Source: Escherichia coli
Lineage (GTDB): Bacteria > Pseudomonadota > Gammaproteobacteria > Enterobacterales > Enterobacteriaceae
Direction: 5' to 3' (one strand)
Length of the DNA stretch: 64,000 bases
Assembly (NCBI RefSeq): GCF_003991155.1
Contig: NZ_CP031293.1
Positions 1 through 11,279 of this stretch are shown here, one piece after another; positions within the stretch are counted from its first letter, which is position 1, and each line of letters begins with the position of its first letter. Under the pieces are notes generated by a model. It saw nothing but the letters and a program-made list of their open reading frames with translations. It was not told the DNA's origin and made no database searches. A program made the position numbers and the translations under genes.

Positions 1-720
1 ATGATCGCCAGTGAAATTAAGCAAAAACTGCATGTTGATGTTCAGGTCGGAGGCGCAGAAGCAGAAGCCGCCATTCAAGGGGCCTTGACTACCCCTGGAA
101 CCACACGTCCACTGGCAATTCTGGACTTAGGTGCAGGCTCTACCGATGCCTCCATCATCAATCAGAAAGGGGAAATTGTTGCCACTCACCTTGCGGGTGC
201 GGGCGACATGGTAACGATGATTATCGTTCGTGAGCTGGGCTTAAATGATCGTTATCTGGCAGAAGAAATCAAAAAGTACCCGTTGGCAAAAGTAGAAAGC
301 CTGTTCCACTTACGCCATGAAGATGGCAGCGTTCAGTTCTTCCCTACTCCCCTATCCCCCTATGTATTTGCCCGCGTCTGTGTAGTGAAACCCGACGAAC
401 TGGTGCCTATTCCCGGTGATTTGACGCTGGAAAAAGTACGCGCTGTTCGTCGCAGTGCGAAAGAGCGTGTCTTCGTAACCAATGCCCTGCGCGCGCTACG
501 TCAGGTAAGCCCTGCCGGAAATATTCGCGACATTCCGTTCGTCGTTCTGGTGGGCGGTTCTTCGCTGGATTTCGAAGTACCACAGTTAGTCACCGATGCA
601 TTGGCGCATTATCGACTGGTCGCCGGACGGGGGAATATCCGTGGTAGCGAAGGTCCGCGCAACGCGGTAGCTACTGGGCTACTCATCGCCTGGCACAAGG
701 AGTCGATTCATGGAAAGTAA
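1..720 (+). CDS. pduG: Diol dehydratase reactivase large subunit, C-terminal 239 aa (gene continues upstream of window)
   Basis: ORF runs from window edge; DLGAGSTD actin/Hsp70-like ATPase motif; followed by pduH-J-K order. Confidence 0.6.
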   Translation: MIASEIKQKLHVDVQVGGAEAEAAIQGALTTPGTTRPLAILDLGAGSTDASIINQKGEIVATHLAGAGDMVTMIIVRELGLNDRYLAEEIKKYPLAKVESLFHLRHEDGSVQFFPTPLSPYVFARVCVVKPDELVPIPGDLTLEKVRAVRRSAKERVFVTNALRALRQVSPAGNIRDIPFVVLVGGSSLDFEVPQLVTDALAHYRLVAGRGNIRGSEGPRNAVATGLLIAWHKESIHGK

Positions 721-1060
721 AGAGCGTGCACCAGCCATCGTCGTCATGGAGATCGGTAACTGCATCACTATATGGGATGAGGTGCTTCTTGGCATTGAAG
801 AGGAAGGTATTCCCTTTCGCATTCAACACATTCCGTCAGGTGAAGTTATCGATAGCGCCTGGCTGGCTGCTCGTCAATCTCCCCTGTTGGTTGGCATTGC
901 CTGCGATCAGGAAAAACTGATTGTGCATTACAAAAACTTACCACCATCAGCGCCACTGTTTACGCTGATGTATCAACAAGATAACCATGCCCGGCGCAGC
1001 ATCGGCACTAACGCTGCCCGCCTGGTAAAAGGAATTCCCTTCCGGGAATTCCACTCATAA
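710..1060 (+). CDS. pduH: Diol dehydratase reactivase small subunit
   Basis: 116 aa, start overlaps upstream stop; position between pduG and shell genes. Confidence 0.6.
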   Translation: MESKERAPAIVVMEIGNCITIWDEVLLGIEEEGIPFRIQHIPSGEVIDSAWLAARQSPLLVGIACDQEKLIVHYKNLPPSAPLFTLMYQQDNHARRSIGTNAARLVKGIPFREFHS

Positions 1061-1079
1061 TCCACAGGAGAAACGCAGT

Positions 1080-1355
1080 ATGAACAACGCACTAGGACTG
1101 GTTGAAACAAAAGGGTTAGTTGGCGCAATTGAAGCTGCAGATGCCATGGTTAAATCCGCCAACGTGCAGCTGGTTGGCTATGAAAAGATTGGTTCGGGTC
1201 TGATTACGGTGATGGTCCGCGGTGATGTTGGTGCAGTAAAGGCCGCCGTGGATGCGGGGAGCGCTGCGGCAAGCGCAGTTGGCGAAGTGAAATCCTGCCA
1301 TGTCATCCCGCGCCCACACAGTGATGTTGAGGCTATTTTACCTAAATCGGCATAA
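1080..1355 (+). CDS. pduJ: BMC-H microcompartment shell protein
   Basis: 91 aa, canonical BMC domain ([25 protein letters not shown]). Confidence 0.8.
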   Translation: MNNALGLVETKGLVGAIEAADAMVKSANVQLVGYEKIGSGLITVMVRGDVGAVKAAVDAGSAAASAVGEVKSCHVIPRPHSDVEAILPKSA

Positions 1356-1378
1356 CCCCATTTGCTAAGGAGCACAGC

Positions 1379-1801
1379 GTGAAGCAATCACTGGGATTAC
1401 TTGAAGTCAGTGGTCTGGCACTCGCCATCAGTTGCGCAGATGCTATGGCAAAAGCCGCGTCCATCACGCTGGTTGGCCTTGAGAAGACCAATGGCTCAGG
1501 CTGGACGCTCATCAAAATCACCGGTGACGTCGCCTCGGTTAATGCGGCGATCGCGACGGGAGCCAGTTTCGCCGGACAGCGAAATGGCCTCGTCGCACAC
1601 AAAGTGATTGCCCGTCCGGGAGACGGCATTCTGCCCCACACAACTAAAGCATTGACTGTGACGGTTGAAACAAGCGAAACACCAGCAACAACCGTCATCT
1701 CAGAGATTATCAGTTGTAATTTGTGTCTTGACCCGGCATGTCAGCGGCAAAAAGGTGAGCCCCGCTCACTTTGCCTGCACGCCAATAAGCGAGGGGAGTA
1801 A
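1379..1801 (+). CDS. pduK: BMC shell protein with Cys-rich C-terminal extension
   Basis: GTG start after AAGGAG RBS; N-terminal BMC domain; C-terminal CNLCLDPAC motif. Confidence 0.7.
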   Translation: MKQSLGLLEVSGLALAISCADAMAKAASITLVGLEKTNGSGWTLIKITGDVASVNAAIATGASFAGQRNGLVAHKVIARPGDGILPHTTKALTVTVETSETPATTVISEIISCNLCLDPACQRQKGEPRSLCLHANKRGE

Positions 1802-1803
1802 CA

Positions 1804-2436
1804 GTGGATAAACAAACCTTGCAGGAAACAGTGAGCCAGATTCTGGATGAGATGCGCGAGCGCCCTATCCCTCTGGGTGTTTCCAGTCGTCATATTCATC
1901 TTTCAACAGCGGATTATTTGCGTCTTTTTCCTGAACAACCGATTAGCGAGAAAAAGCCGTTAATGCAACCTGGCCAATTCGCTGCTGAACAGGTTGTTAC
2001 GCTGGAGGGACCAAAAGGTAAATTGCACAACGTTCGCTTGTTGGGGCCGCTACGCAATGCAAGCCAGGTGGAAATTTCCCGGACGGACGCCAGAACGTTA
2101 GGGATCACCGCCCCGCTACGCATGTCAGGCGATCTCAGCGGCACTCCAGGGATTCGTTTGGTAAGCCCATTTGCGGAACTGGAGATCACATCTGGCGTCA
2201 TTGTCGCGCAACGGCATATTCATATGTCTCCGCTGGATGCCCTGATTTATGGCGTTACGCATGGCGATAAAGTGGCGGTTGCCATTGAAGGTGATGAGCG
2301 ACGACTGATATTCGAAAACGTCGCTGTTCGCGTCTCTCCGGATATGCGTCTTGAAATGCATATTGATACCGATGAAGCCAACGCCGCAGGGGCTGATAGC
2401 CCTGACGTTTTTGCCACACTGGTGTCAGTGCCATGA
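1804..2436 (+). CDS. pduL: Phosphate propanoyltransferase
   Basis: 210 aa, GTG start; PduL-like sequence and operon position. Confidence 0.7.
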   Translation: MDKQTLQETVSQILDEMRERPIPLGVSSRHIHLSTADYLRLFPEQPISEKKPLMQPGQFAAEQVVTLEGPKGKLHNVRLLGPLRNASQVEISRTDARTLGITAPLRMSGDLSGTPGIRLVSPFAELEITSGVIVAQRHIHMSPLDALIYGVTHGDKVAVAIEGDERRLIFENVAVRVSPDMRLEMHIDTDEANAAGADSPDVFATLVSVP

Positions 2437-2924
2437 ATAACATGCTGATGCAACGTATTGTTGACGAAGTGGTTTTTCGCCTTAAACAACGTGCGGGAAA
2501 AACACTCGTGCTGACTGTTTTTCAACTGCGAGACGCCAGCGTTCAAGAGATAGTTCATCAGTATGCATCATTACAAATCCGATATGTCGATCTGCCGTTG
2601 TTACGACAACTTGCGGAGAACAAAACGTCAGATCGAGCAGCAATTCAGATACACGAAGCGTTAGCCTGGGGATTGCACATTCAATTGTCGTTGCAGCGTC
2701 ATTTCCTGAACGCCATTGAATTGAAGACTCTCGCCCGTCTACCGCTAAGCTGGTGCGACGAGCAAGGGCAACCGATCTACCTTCATCGTGATCGACTTTT
2801 AAGTTATGCCGATATTGCACAGTTAAGCTCGGGAATACTGGTGTTACAGCGAAAATGTTGTGTGACCGCACTGGCTCGTGAAGCGGCAATTACCCGAAAT
2901 ATTCAGTTAATCAGGCAGGAGTAA
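2433..2924 (+). CDS. pduM: Microcompartment structural protein PduM
   Basis: 163 aa, overlapping start; operon position. Confidence 0.6.
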   Translation: MNNMLMQRIVDEVVFRLKQRAGKTLVLTVFQLRDASVQEIVHQYASLQIRYVDLPLLRQLAENKTSDRAAIQIHEALAWGLHIQLSLQRHFLNAIELKTLARLPLSWCDEQGQPIYLHRDRLLSYADIAQLSSGILVLQRKCCVTALAREAAITRNIQLIRQE

Positions 2925-2927
2925 CCT

Positions 2928-3203
2928 ATGCATCTGGCTCGAGTCACTGGCGCGGTAGTATCCACGCAAAAATCACCTTCTCTGATCGGGAAAAAACTGC
3001 TGCTGGTTCGCCGGGTCAGTGCTGACGGCGAACTGCCTCTCACGCCATTAACCGGCGACGAAGTTGCCGTTGATTCCGTCGGCGCAGGCGTTGGTGAGTT
3101 GGTACTCCTCAGCAGTGGTTCCAGCGCCAGACATGTGTTTTCCGGCCCTAACGAGGCCATCGACCTGGCAGTGGTCGGCATTGTCGATACGCTTTCGCGC
3201 TAA
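2928..3203 (+). CDS. pduN: BMC vertex (pentamer) protein, EutN/CcmL family
   Basis: 91 aa, [16 protein letters not shown]-terminus typical of EutN/PduN. Confidence 0.75.
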   Translation: MHLARVTGAVVSTQKSPSLIGKKLLLVRRVSADGELPLTPLTGDEVAVDSVGAGVGELVLLSSGSSARHVFSGPNEAIDLAVVGIVDTLSR

Positions 3204-3214
3204 GGAGCTGAAAG

Positions 3215-4222
3215 ATGGCAATTTATACCCGAACAGGTGATTCAGGAAGTACGTCTTTATTTACCGGACAGCGCGTCAGCAAAACTCATCTACGTGTCGA
3301 AACCTATGGCACGCTGGATGAACTGAACGCGACACTCAGTCTGTGTTATTGCGCCACCGCCATCGAAAGCCATCGCATCTTACTGGAAGCCATTCAACAA
3401 CAGATATTTTGGTTTAGCGCCGAACTCGCCAGTGAAAGCGAACAGCCGTCAGCGCAGCAGCGTTACATCGGTACGGAAGAAATTGCCGCGCTGGAAAACG
3501 CGATCGATAGCGCAATGAACGCCGTCCCCCCGGTTCACAGCTTCATTCTGCCTGGTCGATGTGAAGCTGCAAGCCGCATGCATTTCGCCCGCACGGTGGC
3601 TCGACGGGCTGAAAGACGTCTGGTTGAACTGACAACAGAAACCACCGTCCGGAATGTTTTGCTGCACTATATCAACCGACTTTCCGATTGCCTGTATGCC
3701 CTCGCCCGCGTGGAAGACAACGTTGCTCATCAAAACCTGATGATTCAGGAAATCACAAAACGTTATCACGAAGCCAACCACACACCAGCATTGAAGGAAC
3801 GCACAATGCCGCTCACTTTTCAGGATCTTCACCAGCTCATTCGTAGTGCGGCAATGCGCGCAGATGAACTGCATATTCCCGTTGTCATCAGCATTGTTGA
3901 TGCCAACGGAACAGAAAGTGTTACCTGGCGGATGCCTGATGCCCTGTTGGTCAGCAGTGAACTGGCACCGAAAAAAGCCTGGACCGCCGTGGCGATGAAA
4001 ACGGCAACCCACAAACTTGCTGATACCGTGCAACCCGGCGCGCCGCTTTACGGGCTCGAAAGCCATATGCAAGGCAAAGTCGTCACTTTTGGTGGCGGCT
4101 TCCCCCTCTGGCGTGACGGAAAATTGCTTGGCGGGCTTGGCATCAGCGGCGGTAGCGTTGAACAAGACATGGATATTGCCCAAAGCGCAATGGCGGCAAT
4201 TAACGTGGGAGTAAACCAATGA
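3215..4222 (+). CDS. pduO: ATP:cob(I)alamin adenosyltransferase with C-terminal DUF336-like domain
   Basis: 335 aa; PduO-type N-terminal domain (MAIYTRTGDSGSTSL) plus C-terminal domain. Confidence 0.75.
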   Translation: MAIYTRTGDSGSTSLFTGQRVSKTHLRVETYGTLDELNATLSLCYCATAIESHRILLEAIQQQIFWFSAELASESEQPSAQQRYIGTEEIAALENAIDSAMNAVPPVHSFILPGRCEAASRMHFARTVARRAERRLVELTTETTVRNVLLHYINRLSDCLYALARVEDNVAHQNLMIQEITKRYHEANHTPALKERTMPLTFQDLHQLIRSAAMRADELHIPVVISIVDANGTESVTWRMPDALLVSSELAPKKAWTAVAMKTATHKLADTVQPGAPLYGLESHMQGKVVTFGGGFPLWRDGKLLGGLGISGGSVEQDMDIAQSAMAAINVGVNQ

Positions 4223-5604
4223 ATAACTCTGAATTAGAAACACTGATCCGCAATATTCTGCGTGAGCAGCTTGCCCCCGCTACGCAACGAGCGCAAAGAA
4301 ACGCTATTTTCCAGACTGTTGATGAAGCGGTCTGCGCAGCGCACCAGGCCTTTTTACGCTTTCAACAGTGCCCGCTTAAAACCCGTAGCGCCATTATCAG
4401 CGCCATTCGCGAAGAATTAATGCCCCGCCTTACCGAACTGGCAGAAGAAAGCGCCAGTGAAACAGGGATGGGAAATAAAGAGGATAAGTATCTAAAGAAC
4501 AAAGCAGCACTCAATAATACGCCAGGAATTGAAGATTTAACCACCACTGCACTAACCGGTGATGGTGGCATGGTTTTGTTTGAATACTCCCCGTTTGGGG
4601 TTATTGGCTCGGTCACGCCAAGCACCAACCCCACGGAAACCATCATTAACAACAGCATCAGCATGCTGGCAGCAGGTAATAGCGTCTACTTCAGTCCACA
4701 CCCGGGAGCCAAATACGTTTCGTTAAAACTGATTACCACAATCGAAGACATCGCGTTTCGCTGTAGTGGCATTCACAACCTGATCGTTACCGTATCTGAA
4801 CCGACCTTTGCCGCCACCGAACAGATGATGGCGCACCCTAAAATCAGCGTTCTGGCGATTACCGGCGGTCCGGGGATCGTCGCCATGGGAATGAAAAGTG
4901 GCAAGAAAGTGATTGGTGCCGGTGCGGGTAACCCTCCGTGCATCGTCGATGAAACGGCGGATATTGTGAAAGCCGCCGAAGATATCATCAACGGCGCTTC
5001 ATTTGATTACAACCTGCCGTGTATCGCTGAAAAAAGCCTGATTGTCGTGGCATCAGTGGCAGAGTATTTAATTCAGCAGATGCAAAGTTTTGGCGCGCTT
5101 CTTCTTAACTATGAGCAAACGGAGAAATTGCGTGCAATTTGCCTGCCAGACGGTAGCGCCAACAAAAAACTGGTTGGGAAAAGCCCATCAGCCTTGCTGG
5201 AAGCGGCAGGCCTCCCTTTGCCCGCAAAAGCGCCGCGCCTACTGATTGCTGTTGTCGACGCCAATGATAGTTGGGTTACTTGTGAACAACTGATGCCAAT
5301 GCTGCCCATTGTGAAGGTCAACGATTTTGATAGCGCTCTCGCCCTGGCGTTGAAAGTGGAAGACGGCTTGCACCACACGGCAATTATGCACTCGCAGAAC
5401 GTCTCACGGCTCAACCTTGCCGCGCGCGTTATGCAAACCTCAATCTTTGTCAAAAACGGCCCCTCTTGGGCGGGTATTGGCGTCGGCGGCGAAGGCTTTA
5501 CGACCTTTACTATTGCAACACCGACCGGAGAAGGGACAACGTCAGCACGGACTTTTGCCCGCTCACGACGCTGTGTGTTAACCAGCGGCTTTTCAATTCG
5601 CTAG
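4219..5604 (+). CDS. pduP: CoA-acylating propionaldehyde dehydrogenase
   Basis: 461 aa aldehyde dehydrogenase family; operon position. Confidence 0.8.
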   Translation: MNNSELETLIRNILREQLAPATQRAQRNAIFQTVDEAVCAAHQAFLRFQQCPLKTRSAIISAIREELMPRLTELAEESASETGMGNKEDKYLKNKAALNNTPGIEDLTTTALTGDGGMVLFEYSPFGVIGSVTPSTNPTETIINNSISMLAAGNSVYFSPHPGAKYVSLKLITTIEDIAFRCSGIHNLIVTVSEPTFAATEQMMAHPKISVLAITGGPGIVAMGMKSGKKVIGAGAGNPPCIVDETADIVKAAEDIINGASFDYNLPCIAEKSLIVVASVAEYLIQQMQSFGALLLNYEQTEKLRAICLPDGSANKKLVGKSPSALLEAAGLPLPAKAPRLLIAVVDANDSWVTCEQLMPMLPIVKVNDFDSALALALKVEDGLHHTAIMHSQNVSRLNLAARVMQTSIFVKNGPSWAGIGVGGEGFTTFTIATPTGEGTTSARTFARSRRCVLTSGFSIR

Positions 5605-5614
5605 AGAAACGGAA

Positions 5615-6727
5615 ATGAATACTTTTTCACTGCAGACGCGTTTATACAGCGGACCAGGAAGTCTCAAGGTACTTAGCCGTTTCTCTCATAGACACATCTG
5701 GATTATTTGCGATGCCTTTCTGGCACACTCACCACTCATTGACACGTTGCATCAGGCGCTGCCAGACAGTAATCGTCTCAGTATTTTTAGCGAAATAACG
5801 CCCGACCCAACTATCCAGACCGTGGTGAAAGGCATTGCGCAAATGCAGACTTTACGCCCGGATGTGGTTATCGGTTTTGGCGGCGGTTCTGCCCTGGACG
5901 CCGCAAAAGCGATTGTCTGGTTTGGTCGCCAGTGTGGCATTGAAATTGAAACCTGCGTAGCCATTCCTACCACCAGCGGTACCGGTTCCGAAGTGACCAG
6001 TGCTTGTGTCATCAGCGATCCTGAGAAAGGGATTAAATATCCCCTTTTCGATAATGCACTTTATCCGGATATCGCGATCCTTGATCCATCTCTGGTCGTC
6101 AGCGTGCCACCGGCGATAACGGCCAATACCGGGATGGATGTTTTAACCCATGCGCTTGAAGCTTATGTTTCTCCTCGCGCCAGCGACTTCACGGATGCAC
6201 TGGTCGAAAAAGCCGTGCAAATTGTTTTTCAATACCTGCCCACTGCAGTGAAGAAAGGCGATTGTCTCGCCACCCGTGGCAAAATGCATAATGCATCGAC
6301 ACTTGCAGGAATGGCCTTTAGCCAGGCTGGACTGGGATTAAACCATGCAATTGCTCATCAACTCGGCGGACAGTTTCATCTGCCACACGGCCTGGCGAAT
6401 GCGCTCCTGCTCACGGCGGTTATCCGCTTTAATGCTGGCGATCCGCGCGCTGCCAAACGCTACGCCCGGCTGGCGAAAACGTGCCATTTATGCCCGGACA
6501 ACGCCAATGACACCGCCAGCCTGAATGCACTTATTCAACATATTGAACAGCTTAAAACAACCTGTACGCTGCCGACTCTTACCAATGCGCTGAAAGAAAA
6601 AAAAGCAGAATGGTCAATACGCATACCAGATATGGTTCAGGCGGCACTGGCGGATGCAACGTTGCGTACCAACCCGCGTGCGGCTGATGCCTCCGCGATT
6701 GCAGAACTGCTCGAGGAGTTGTTATGA
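5615..6727 (+). CDS. pduQ: Propanol dehydrogenase (iron-containing alcohol dehydrogenase)
   Basis: 370 aa, Fe-ADH motifs (GGGSALDAAK). Confidence 0.8.
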   Translation: MNTFSLQTRLYSGPGSLKVLSRFSHRHIWIICDAFLAHSPLIDTLHQALPDSNRLSIFSEITPDPTIQTVVKGIAQMQTLRPDVVIGFGGGSALDAAKAIVWFGRQCGIEIETCVAIPTTSGTGSEVTSACVISDPEKGIKYPLFDNALYPDIAILDPSLVVSVPPAITANTGMDVLTHALEAYVSPRASDFTDALVEKAVQIVFQYLPTAVKKGDCLATRGKMHNASTLAGMAFSQAGLGLNHAIAHQLGGQFHLPHGLANALLLTAVIRFNAGDPRAAKRYARLAKTCHLCPDNANDTASLNALIQHIEQLKTTCTLPTLTNALKEKKAEWSIRIPDMVQAALADATLRTNPRAADASAIAELLEELL

Positions 6728-8067
6728 ACGTCGAGTTAACCTCCTGCGACGACCAGACCATCCGCGAGCGAGTACAGGCAGCAGGTGTCGTGGGTGCTGG
6801 CGGGGCAGGTTTTCCAACCCATATTAAGCTACAAGCGCGTGTTGACACGTTCCTGGTGAATGCGGCGGAATGCGAACCCATGTTGAAAGTGGATCAACAG
6901 TTAATGGTGCAGCAAGCCAGCCGCCTGCTTCGCGGTGTTCACTATGCGATGAAAGCCACCGGGGCCAGTAGCGGAATCATCGCGCTGAAAGAGAAATATC
7001 AACGGGCAATAAACGCACTCACACCACTGTTACCACCGGATATCCGCCTGCATATTTTGCCCGATGTTTACCCCGCAGGAGACGAAGTGCTGACCATCTG
7101 GATGGCAACTGGTCGCCGCGTTCCACCCGCTGCATTACCCGTTAGCGTCGGTGTGGTGGTCAATAATGTTCAAACCGTACTTAATATTGCCAGAGCCGTC
7201 GAGCAACAGTATCCAGTGACGCGCCGCACACTCACTATTAATGGTGCAGTGGCGAAACCAATAACGGTAACCGTCCCCATCGGCATGTCTTTCCGTGAAG
7301 TCCTGGCGCTGGCGGGCGGCGCAACAGTAGATGCTCCTGGTTTTATCAATGGCGGGCCGATGATGGGAAGTTTGATCACATCGCTCGACACACCCGTCAG
7401 CAAAACCACTGGCGGCTTGCTGGTTTTACCCAACTCTCATTCACTGATCCAACGTCGAATGCAGAATGACCGCAGCGTACTTACCGTCGCGAAAACTGTT
7501 TGTGAGCAATGCCGCTTGTGTACCGATCTCTGCCCACGTCATTTAGTCGGTCACGAACTGGCCCCCCATTTATTAGTACGTGCGGTTAACTACCAACAGC
7601 TCGCTACGCCACAACTGTTACTGACGGCGCTCACCTGTTCGGAGTGCAACGTCTGCGCCAGCGTCGCCTGTCCGGTAGGAATTTTACCAATGCGCATAAA
7701 CCGCCTGCTTAAGCAGGAATTACGCGCACAAAATCTCCGCTACGAAGGTGCCTTAAATCCTGCAGATCCCTTGGCAAATTATCGACTGGTTCCCGTAAAA
7801 CGGCTGGTAACCAGACTGGGCTTAACCCCGTGGTATCAGGATGCGCCATTGTCTGAACAGGTGCCTCAGCCCGAAAAAGTGACGTTATTGTTACGCCAGC
7901 ACATCGGTGCCAGCGCAATTGCGTGTGTACAAAAAGGCGATCGCGTCGTTCATGGGCAATGTGTAGGTCAAATTCCACACGGCACATTAGGTGCCCCCAT
8001 TCATGCCAGTATTGATGGCATGGTCAGCGATGTGACAGAAAACGCGATTACGCTTGTGAGAGGTTAA
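6724..8067 (+). CDS. pduS: Cobalamin reductase, RnfC-like Fe-S flavoprotein
   Basis: 447 aa with two Cys clusters ([25 protein letters not shown]). Confidence 0.75.
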   Translation: MNVELTSCDDQTIRERVQAAGVVGAGGAGFPTHIKLQARVDTFLVNAAECEPMLKVDQQLMVQQASRLLRGVHYAMKATGASSGIIALKEKYQRAINALTPLLPPDIRLHILPDVYPAGDEVLTIWMATGRRVPPAALPVSVGVVVNNVQTVLNIARAVEQQYPVTRRTLTINGAVAKPITVTVPIGMSFREVLALAGGATVDAPGFINGGPMMGSLITSLDTPVSKTTGGLLVLPNSHSLIQRRMQNDRSVLTVAKTVCEQCRLCTDLCPRHLVGHELAPHLLVRAVNYQQLATPQLLLTALTCSECNVCASVACPVGILPMRINRLLKQELRAQNLRYEGALNPADPLANYRLVPVKRLVTRLGLTPWYQDAPLSEQVPQPEKVTLLLRQHIGASAIACVQKGDRVVHGQCVGQIPHGTLGAPIHASIDGMVSDVTENAITLVRG

Positions 8068-8069
8068 CG

Positions 8070-8624
8070 ATGTCGAAAGCGGTAGGTATTTTAGAACTTA
8101 GCAGTATCGCGAAAGGGATGGAAACCGGCGACGCCATGCTGAAAAGCGCCAACGTTGAGTTACTGGTCAGCAAAACGCTATGCCCCGGAAAATTTCTGCT
8201 GATGCTCGGTGGCGATGTGGGCGCGGTGCAACAGGCCATCAACAGCGGTGCTTCCCTTGCTGGTGAAATGCTGGTCGACAGTCTTGTCCTGCCGAATATT
8301 CATCCCAGTCTCCTTTCTGCAATCAGCGGACTGAACCAAGTTGAACAGCACCGGGCTGTCGGCGTAGTCGAAACCTGGAGTGTCGCCGCCTGCATTGACG
8401 CTGCCGATTGTGCTGTCAAAGCTGCGAATGTCATTCTTGTTCGCGTGCATATGGCTTTTGGCATTGGCGGTAAATGCTACATGGTGGTTGCTGGCGATAT
8501 TTCAGATGTTAATAACGCGGTCTCTGTCGCCAGCGAGCGTGCGGGAGAAAAAGGTTTGTTGGTCTATCGGTCGGTGATTGCCCGTCCACATGAAGCCATG
8601 TGGCGTCAGATGGTGGAGGGATAA
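8070..8624 (+). CDS. pduT: Tandem BMC-domain shell protein
   Basis: 184 aa, two BMC domains; stop overlaps pduU start. Confidence 0.75.
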   Translation: MSKAVGILELSSIAKGMETGDAMLKSANVELLVSKTLCPGKFLLMLGGDVGAVQQAINSGASLAGEMLVDSLVLPNIHPSLLSAISGLNQVEQHRAVGVVETWSVAACIDAADCAVKAANVILVRVHMAFGIGGKCYMVVAGDISDVNNAVSVASERAGEKGLLVYRSVIARPHEAMWRQMVEG

Positions 8625-8974
8625 TGACAACTCAGCACACAACTGAACGGATGATTCAGGAATATGTCCCTGGTAAGCAGGTCACGCTGGCACATGTCAT
8701 CGCCAATCCAGGGAAGGATCTGTTTAAGAAATTGGGTTTACCAGACACCGTTTCTGCTATTGGCATTCTGACGATTACCCCCAGCGAAGCATCTATCATC
8801 GCATGCGATATCGCCACAAAATCAGGCGCTGTAGAGATCGGTTTTCTTGATCGTTTTACCGGTGCCGTAGTGCTGACTGGTGATGTTTCTGCCATTGAAT
8901 ATGCACTTAGCCAGGTTACCCGTACGCTGGGTGAAATGATGCGCTTTACCACCTGCCCCATTACGCGGACCTGA
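8624..8974 (+). CDS. pduU: Permuted BMC shell protein
   Basis: 116 aa from ATG at 8624 (TAATG overlap with pduT). Confidence 0.7.
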   Translation: MTTQHTTERMIQEYVPGKQVTLAHVIANPGKDLFKKLGLPDTVSAIGILTITPSEASIIACDIATKSGAVEIGFLDRFTGAVVLTGDVSAIEYALSQVTRTLGEMMRFTTCPITRT

Positions 8975-8978
8975 CGTT

Positions 8979-9422
8979 ATGCAACGTATGATGCTTATCG
9001 GCCCCAGCCAGTGCGGAAAAACGTCACTCACGCAATGTCTGCGTGGCGAAAATATCCATTATCAGAAAACGCAGGCAATCGTCTGGTCCCCGACCACCAT
9101 TGATACACCAGGCGAATACCTCGAAAACCGCAGCCTCTACAGTGCATTGTTGGTCAGTGCCTGCGAAGCAGACATTATCGCGCTGGTACTTAATGCGGAC
9201 GCACCGTGGTCACCTTTTTCGCCAGGCTTTACCTCGTCAATGAATCGCCCGGTCATTGGAGTAGTAACCAAAGCAGATTTAGCCAGTATGGAACAAATAT
9301 CTTTGGTGAAATGTTGGTTACGGGAAGCTGGAGCGCACAACGTGTTAGTAACCAGTGCGGTTAATAACAATGGAGTTACAGAAGTTTTTGCCTTGCTGCA
9401 TACAGAAGAAGGCTGTCGCTAA
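8979..9422 (+). CDS. pduV: EutP/PduV-family GTPase
   Basis: 147 aa, P-loop GPSQCGKTS. Confidence 0.75.
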   Translation: MQRMMLIGPSQCGKTSLTQCLRGENIHYQKTQAIVWSPTTIDTPGEYLENRSLYSALLVSACEADIIALVLNADAPWSPFSPGFTSSMNRPVIGVVTKADLASMEQISLVKCWLREAGAHNVLVTSAVNNNGVTEVFALLHTEEGCR

Positions 9423-9481
9423 TTTCGATAGGTTCTCAGATGAGAATGATGACGGTGATACACAGATAAGAATCAATGAGC

Positions 9482-9508
9482 AATGAGGGTTGCCGGGCAA
9501 CCCTCATT
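9482..9508. terminator. Perfect 12-bp-stem palindrome between convergent pduV and yeeX
   Basis: AATGAGGGTTGCCGGGCAACCCTCATT; no strong T-run on either side. Confidence 0.45.
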
Positions 9509-9522
9509 GAATAAAACAGGAA

Positions 9523-9852
9523 TTACTTCGCTTCGCCGTTTTTCATTTCGCCCATAGCTTTCAGCTTTTTGGAGATATCGCGGCGTTCTTTGGAGAGCTC
9601 GGCATTTTTGATGATGTAATCGTCAACGCGATCTTCATAGTCACCTTTCATGCTGGCGATGATGCCCTGGATTGCTTCAACGCTCATCCCTGGCTTGATG
9701 TAATCGCTCAGGTTGTCCAGCAACAGGACGCGCTTCTGGTTGTCACGGATCTTTTTCTCAACGTCCTGAATTTCACGTTGCAGTTTGTTCTTACGACGGA
9801 ACAGACGAACAAATTCCAGTACGTCCTGGAATGAAGGCTTGGTAGTTTCCAT
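9523..9852 (-). CDS. yeeX: DUF496 family protein YeeX
   Basis: 109 aa from [11 protein letters not shown]; ORF track extension upstream judged non-coding. Confidence 0.85.
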   Translation of the reverse strand: METTKPSFQDVLEFVRLFRRKNKLQREIQDVEKKIRDNQKRVLLLDNLSDYIKPGMSVEAIQGIIASMKGDYEDRVDDYIIKNAELSKERRDISKKLKAMGEMKNGEAK

Positions 9853-10023
9853 TTTTATACCCCTGATAATGTGAGAGTCGGATTCGTTTAAGCAACCGCT
9901 ATTCGTTAGGGCCAACATTACTCATAGCTGCCGCAGATGACAATGCTTTTATCCCTTTTCACTATCATACCCTTTATCCTTGCTGAATCGAAGCAGCAGC
10001 AAGATGATTCTGAAGTTCAGGAA

Positions 10024-11082
10024 TTATTTGCGCAAGGCCCGGCAAATCAGATTCGATAGCAACTCAAGCTGATGTGCCGTTTCCATGTTCAGCCACACAT
10101 AACCATAGATTGGTGTTTCTACGACTTTCAGGTCATGGTGGTTATCGAGCAACTGACGCAACTCTTCCACAGCATCGTTCAATTTTTCCGTATTGGCAAA
10201 AACCGGCTGCGGATTACCTTCGTACAGCGCATGAACAAGGCTCAGCAGTATTTGCTGCATCATGTGCTGGGTATCACGAAGTTTTTGCGCGTTCAATAAC
10301 ACGAAATGGCTGGGGCGCGTGGCCCAGTATGCATTGATTTGCAACTCCAGCATACAAACCAGATTGCGATTAATGGTCTGGATACCTTCATATATCGATT
10401 TGGGAATACGGGTTTCTTTGCTGGCGGGCGCAATCAGCCCACGCATTTTCACGGCATCGGTCAGCAGTTTTTGTAGATGGCTTTCCAGACGTGGGCGTTC
10501 GAGTAAGTTCGGTGAGAATGCAGATTGATAGACCCGATTATACTCGGTCAGACTTTTCGCCAGTTGAATGCGCCAGTGGATGAACGCCCGTTGTGGCCAG
10601 ATACCGGTAAACAACATTGCCAGTAAAGAGCCGAGGATCACATCGCCGCTTCGCCACAACGCCGTATCAATTTCACCTGTCGGGGAACCCACAACAATTG
10701 CCAGCGTCACCCCAATCAATAATCCTTGATACGGTTTCTTGCCCAGCGCCAGCCAACCGCAAAGAAACATCGCCGCCGCGCACCAGACTAACATCAGCGG
10801 TAACGAAATTAACTCCAGTTGCAGAGCGATAAGACCTAAAATCGAACCCAACACCGTACCGCCAATACGTTCGAAGGCACGAGGGACAACGTTACCCCAG
10901 AACGAGATTGGCCCCATAATCACCACCATGGTGACCAGCGGCCAGGTACTTTCCGGGATAGTAAACAGGCGGATAATGAGAAAAGTGAGCAGGAATGCCA
11001 GCGCGACCCGAGTACCATGCACAATGCGGTAATGGCGGTATACCCGGATTTCAAACGGGCTTAATGACTTATCGGCACGCAC
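10024..11082 (-). CDS. yeeA: Inner membrane protein YeeA (FUSC-like)
   Basis: 352 aa polytopic membrane protein matching YeeA. Confidence 0.85.
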   Translation of the reverse strand: MRADKSLSPFEIRVYRHYRIVHGTRVALAFLLTFLIIRLFTIPESTWPLVTMVVIMGPISFWGNVVPRAFERIGGTVLGSILGLIALQLELISLPLMLVWCAAAMFLCGWLALGKKPYQGLLIGVTLAIVVGSPTGEIDTALWRSGDVILGSLLAMLFTGIWPQRAFIHWRIQLAKSLTEYNRVYQSAFSPNLLERPRLESHLQKLLTDAVKMRGLIAPASKETRIPKSIYEGIQTINRNLVCMLELQINAYWATRPSHFVLLNAQKLRDTQHMMQQILLSLVHALYEGNPQPVFANTEKLNDAVEELRQLLDNHHDLKVVETPIYGYVWLNMETAHQLELLSNLICRALRK

Positions 11083-11279
11083 GCAGAAACTCCGTAATGA
11101 AGATTAAAAGCGCTCATAACTCATCTGTCGGCCAGAAGGCGCGCCTCTGAATTATCCGACGGACATACCGGGAACAGTGTAATTTCCCGGCAGGAGCGAA
11201 AAAATTGAAAGGCGCATCTTACTCTTTTCGCTTTCAAAAAAAGAGTGGTCATCGCGTTAACACACCGCCCTGAGATGAA

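Noticed and set aside
3449-4243. 264-aa minus-strand ORF inside pduO
   Set aside because: Antisense to a well-supported operon gene, Cys/His-rich odd composition, no operon context; judged a shadow ORF.
10072-10528. Several 75-88-aa plus-strand ORFs inside yeeA
   Set aside because: Antisense to a conserved membrane protein gene; no signals.
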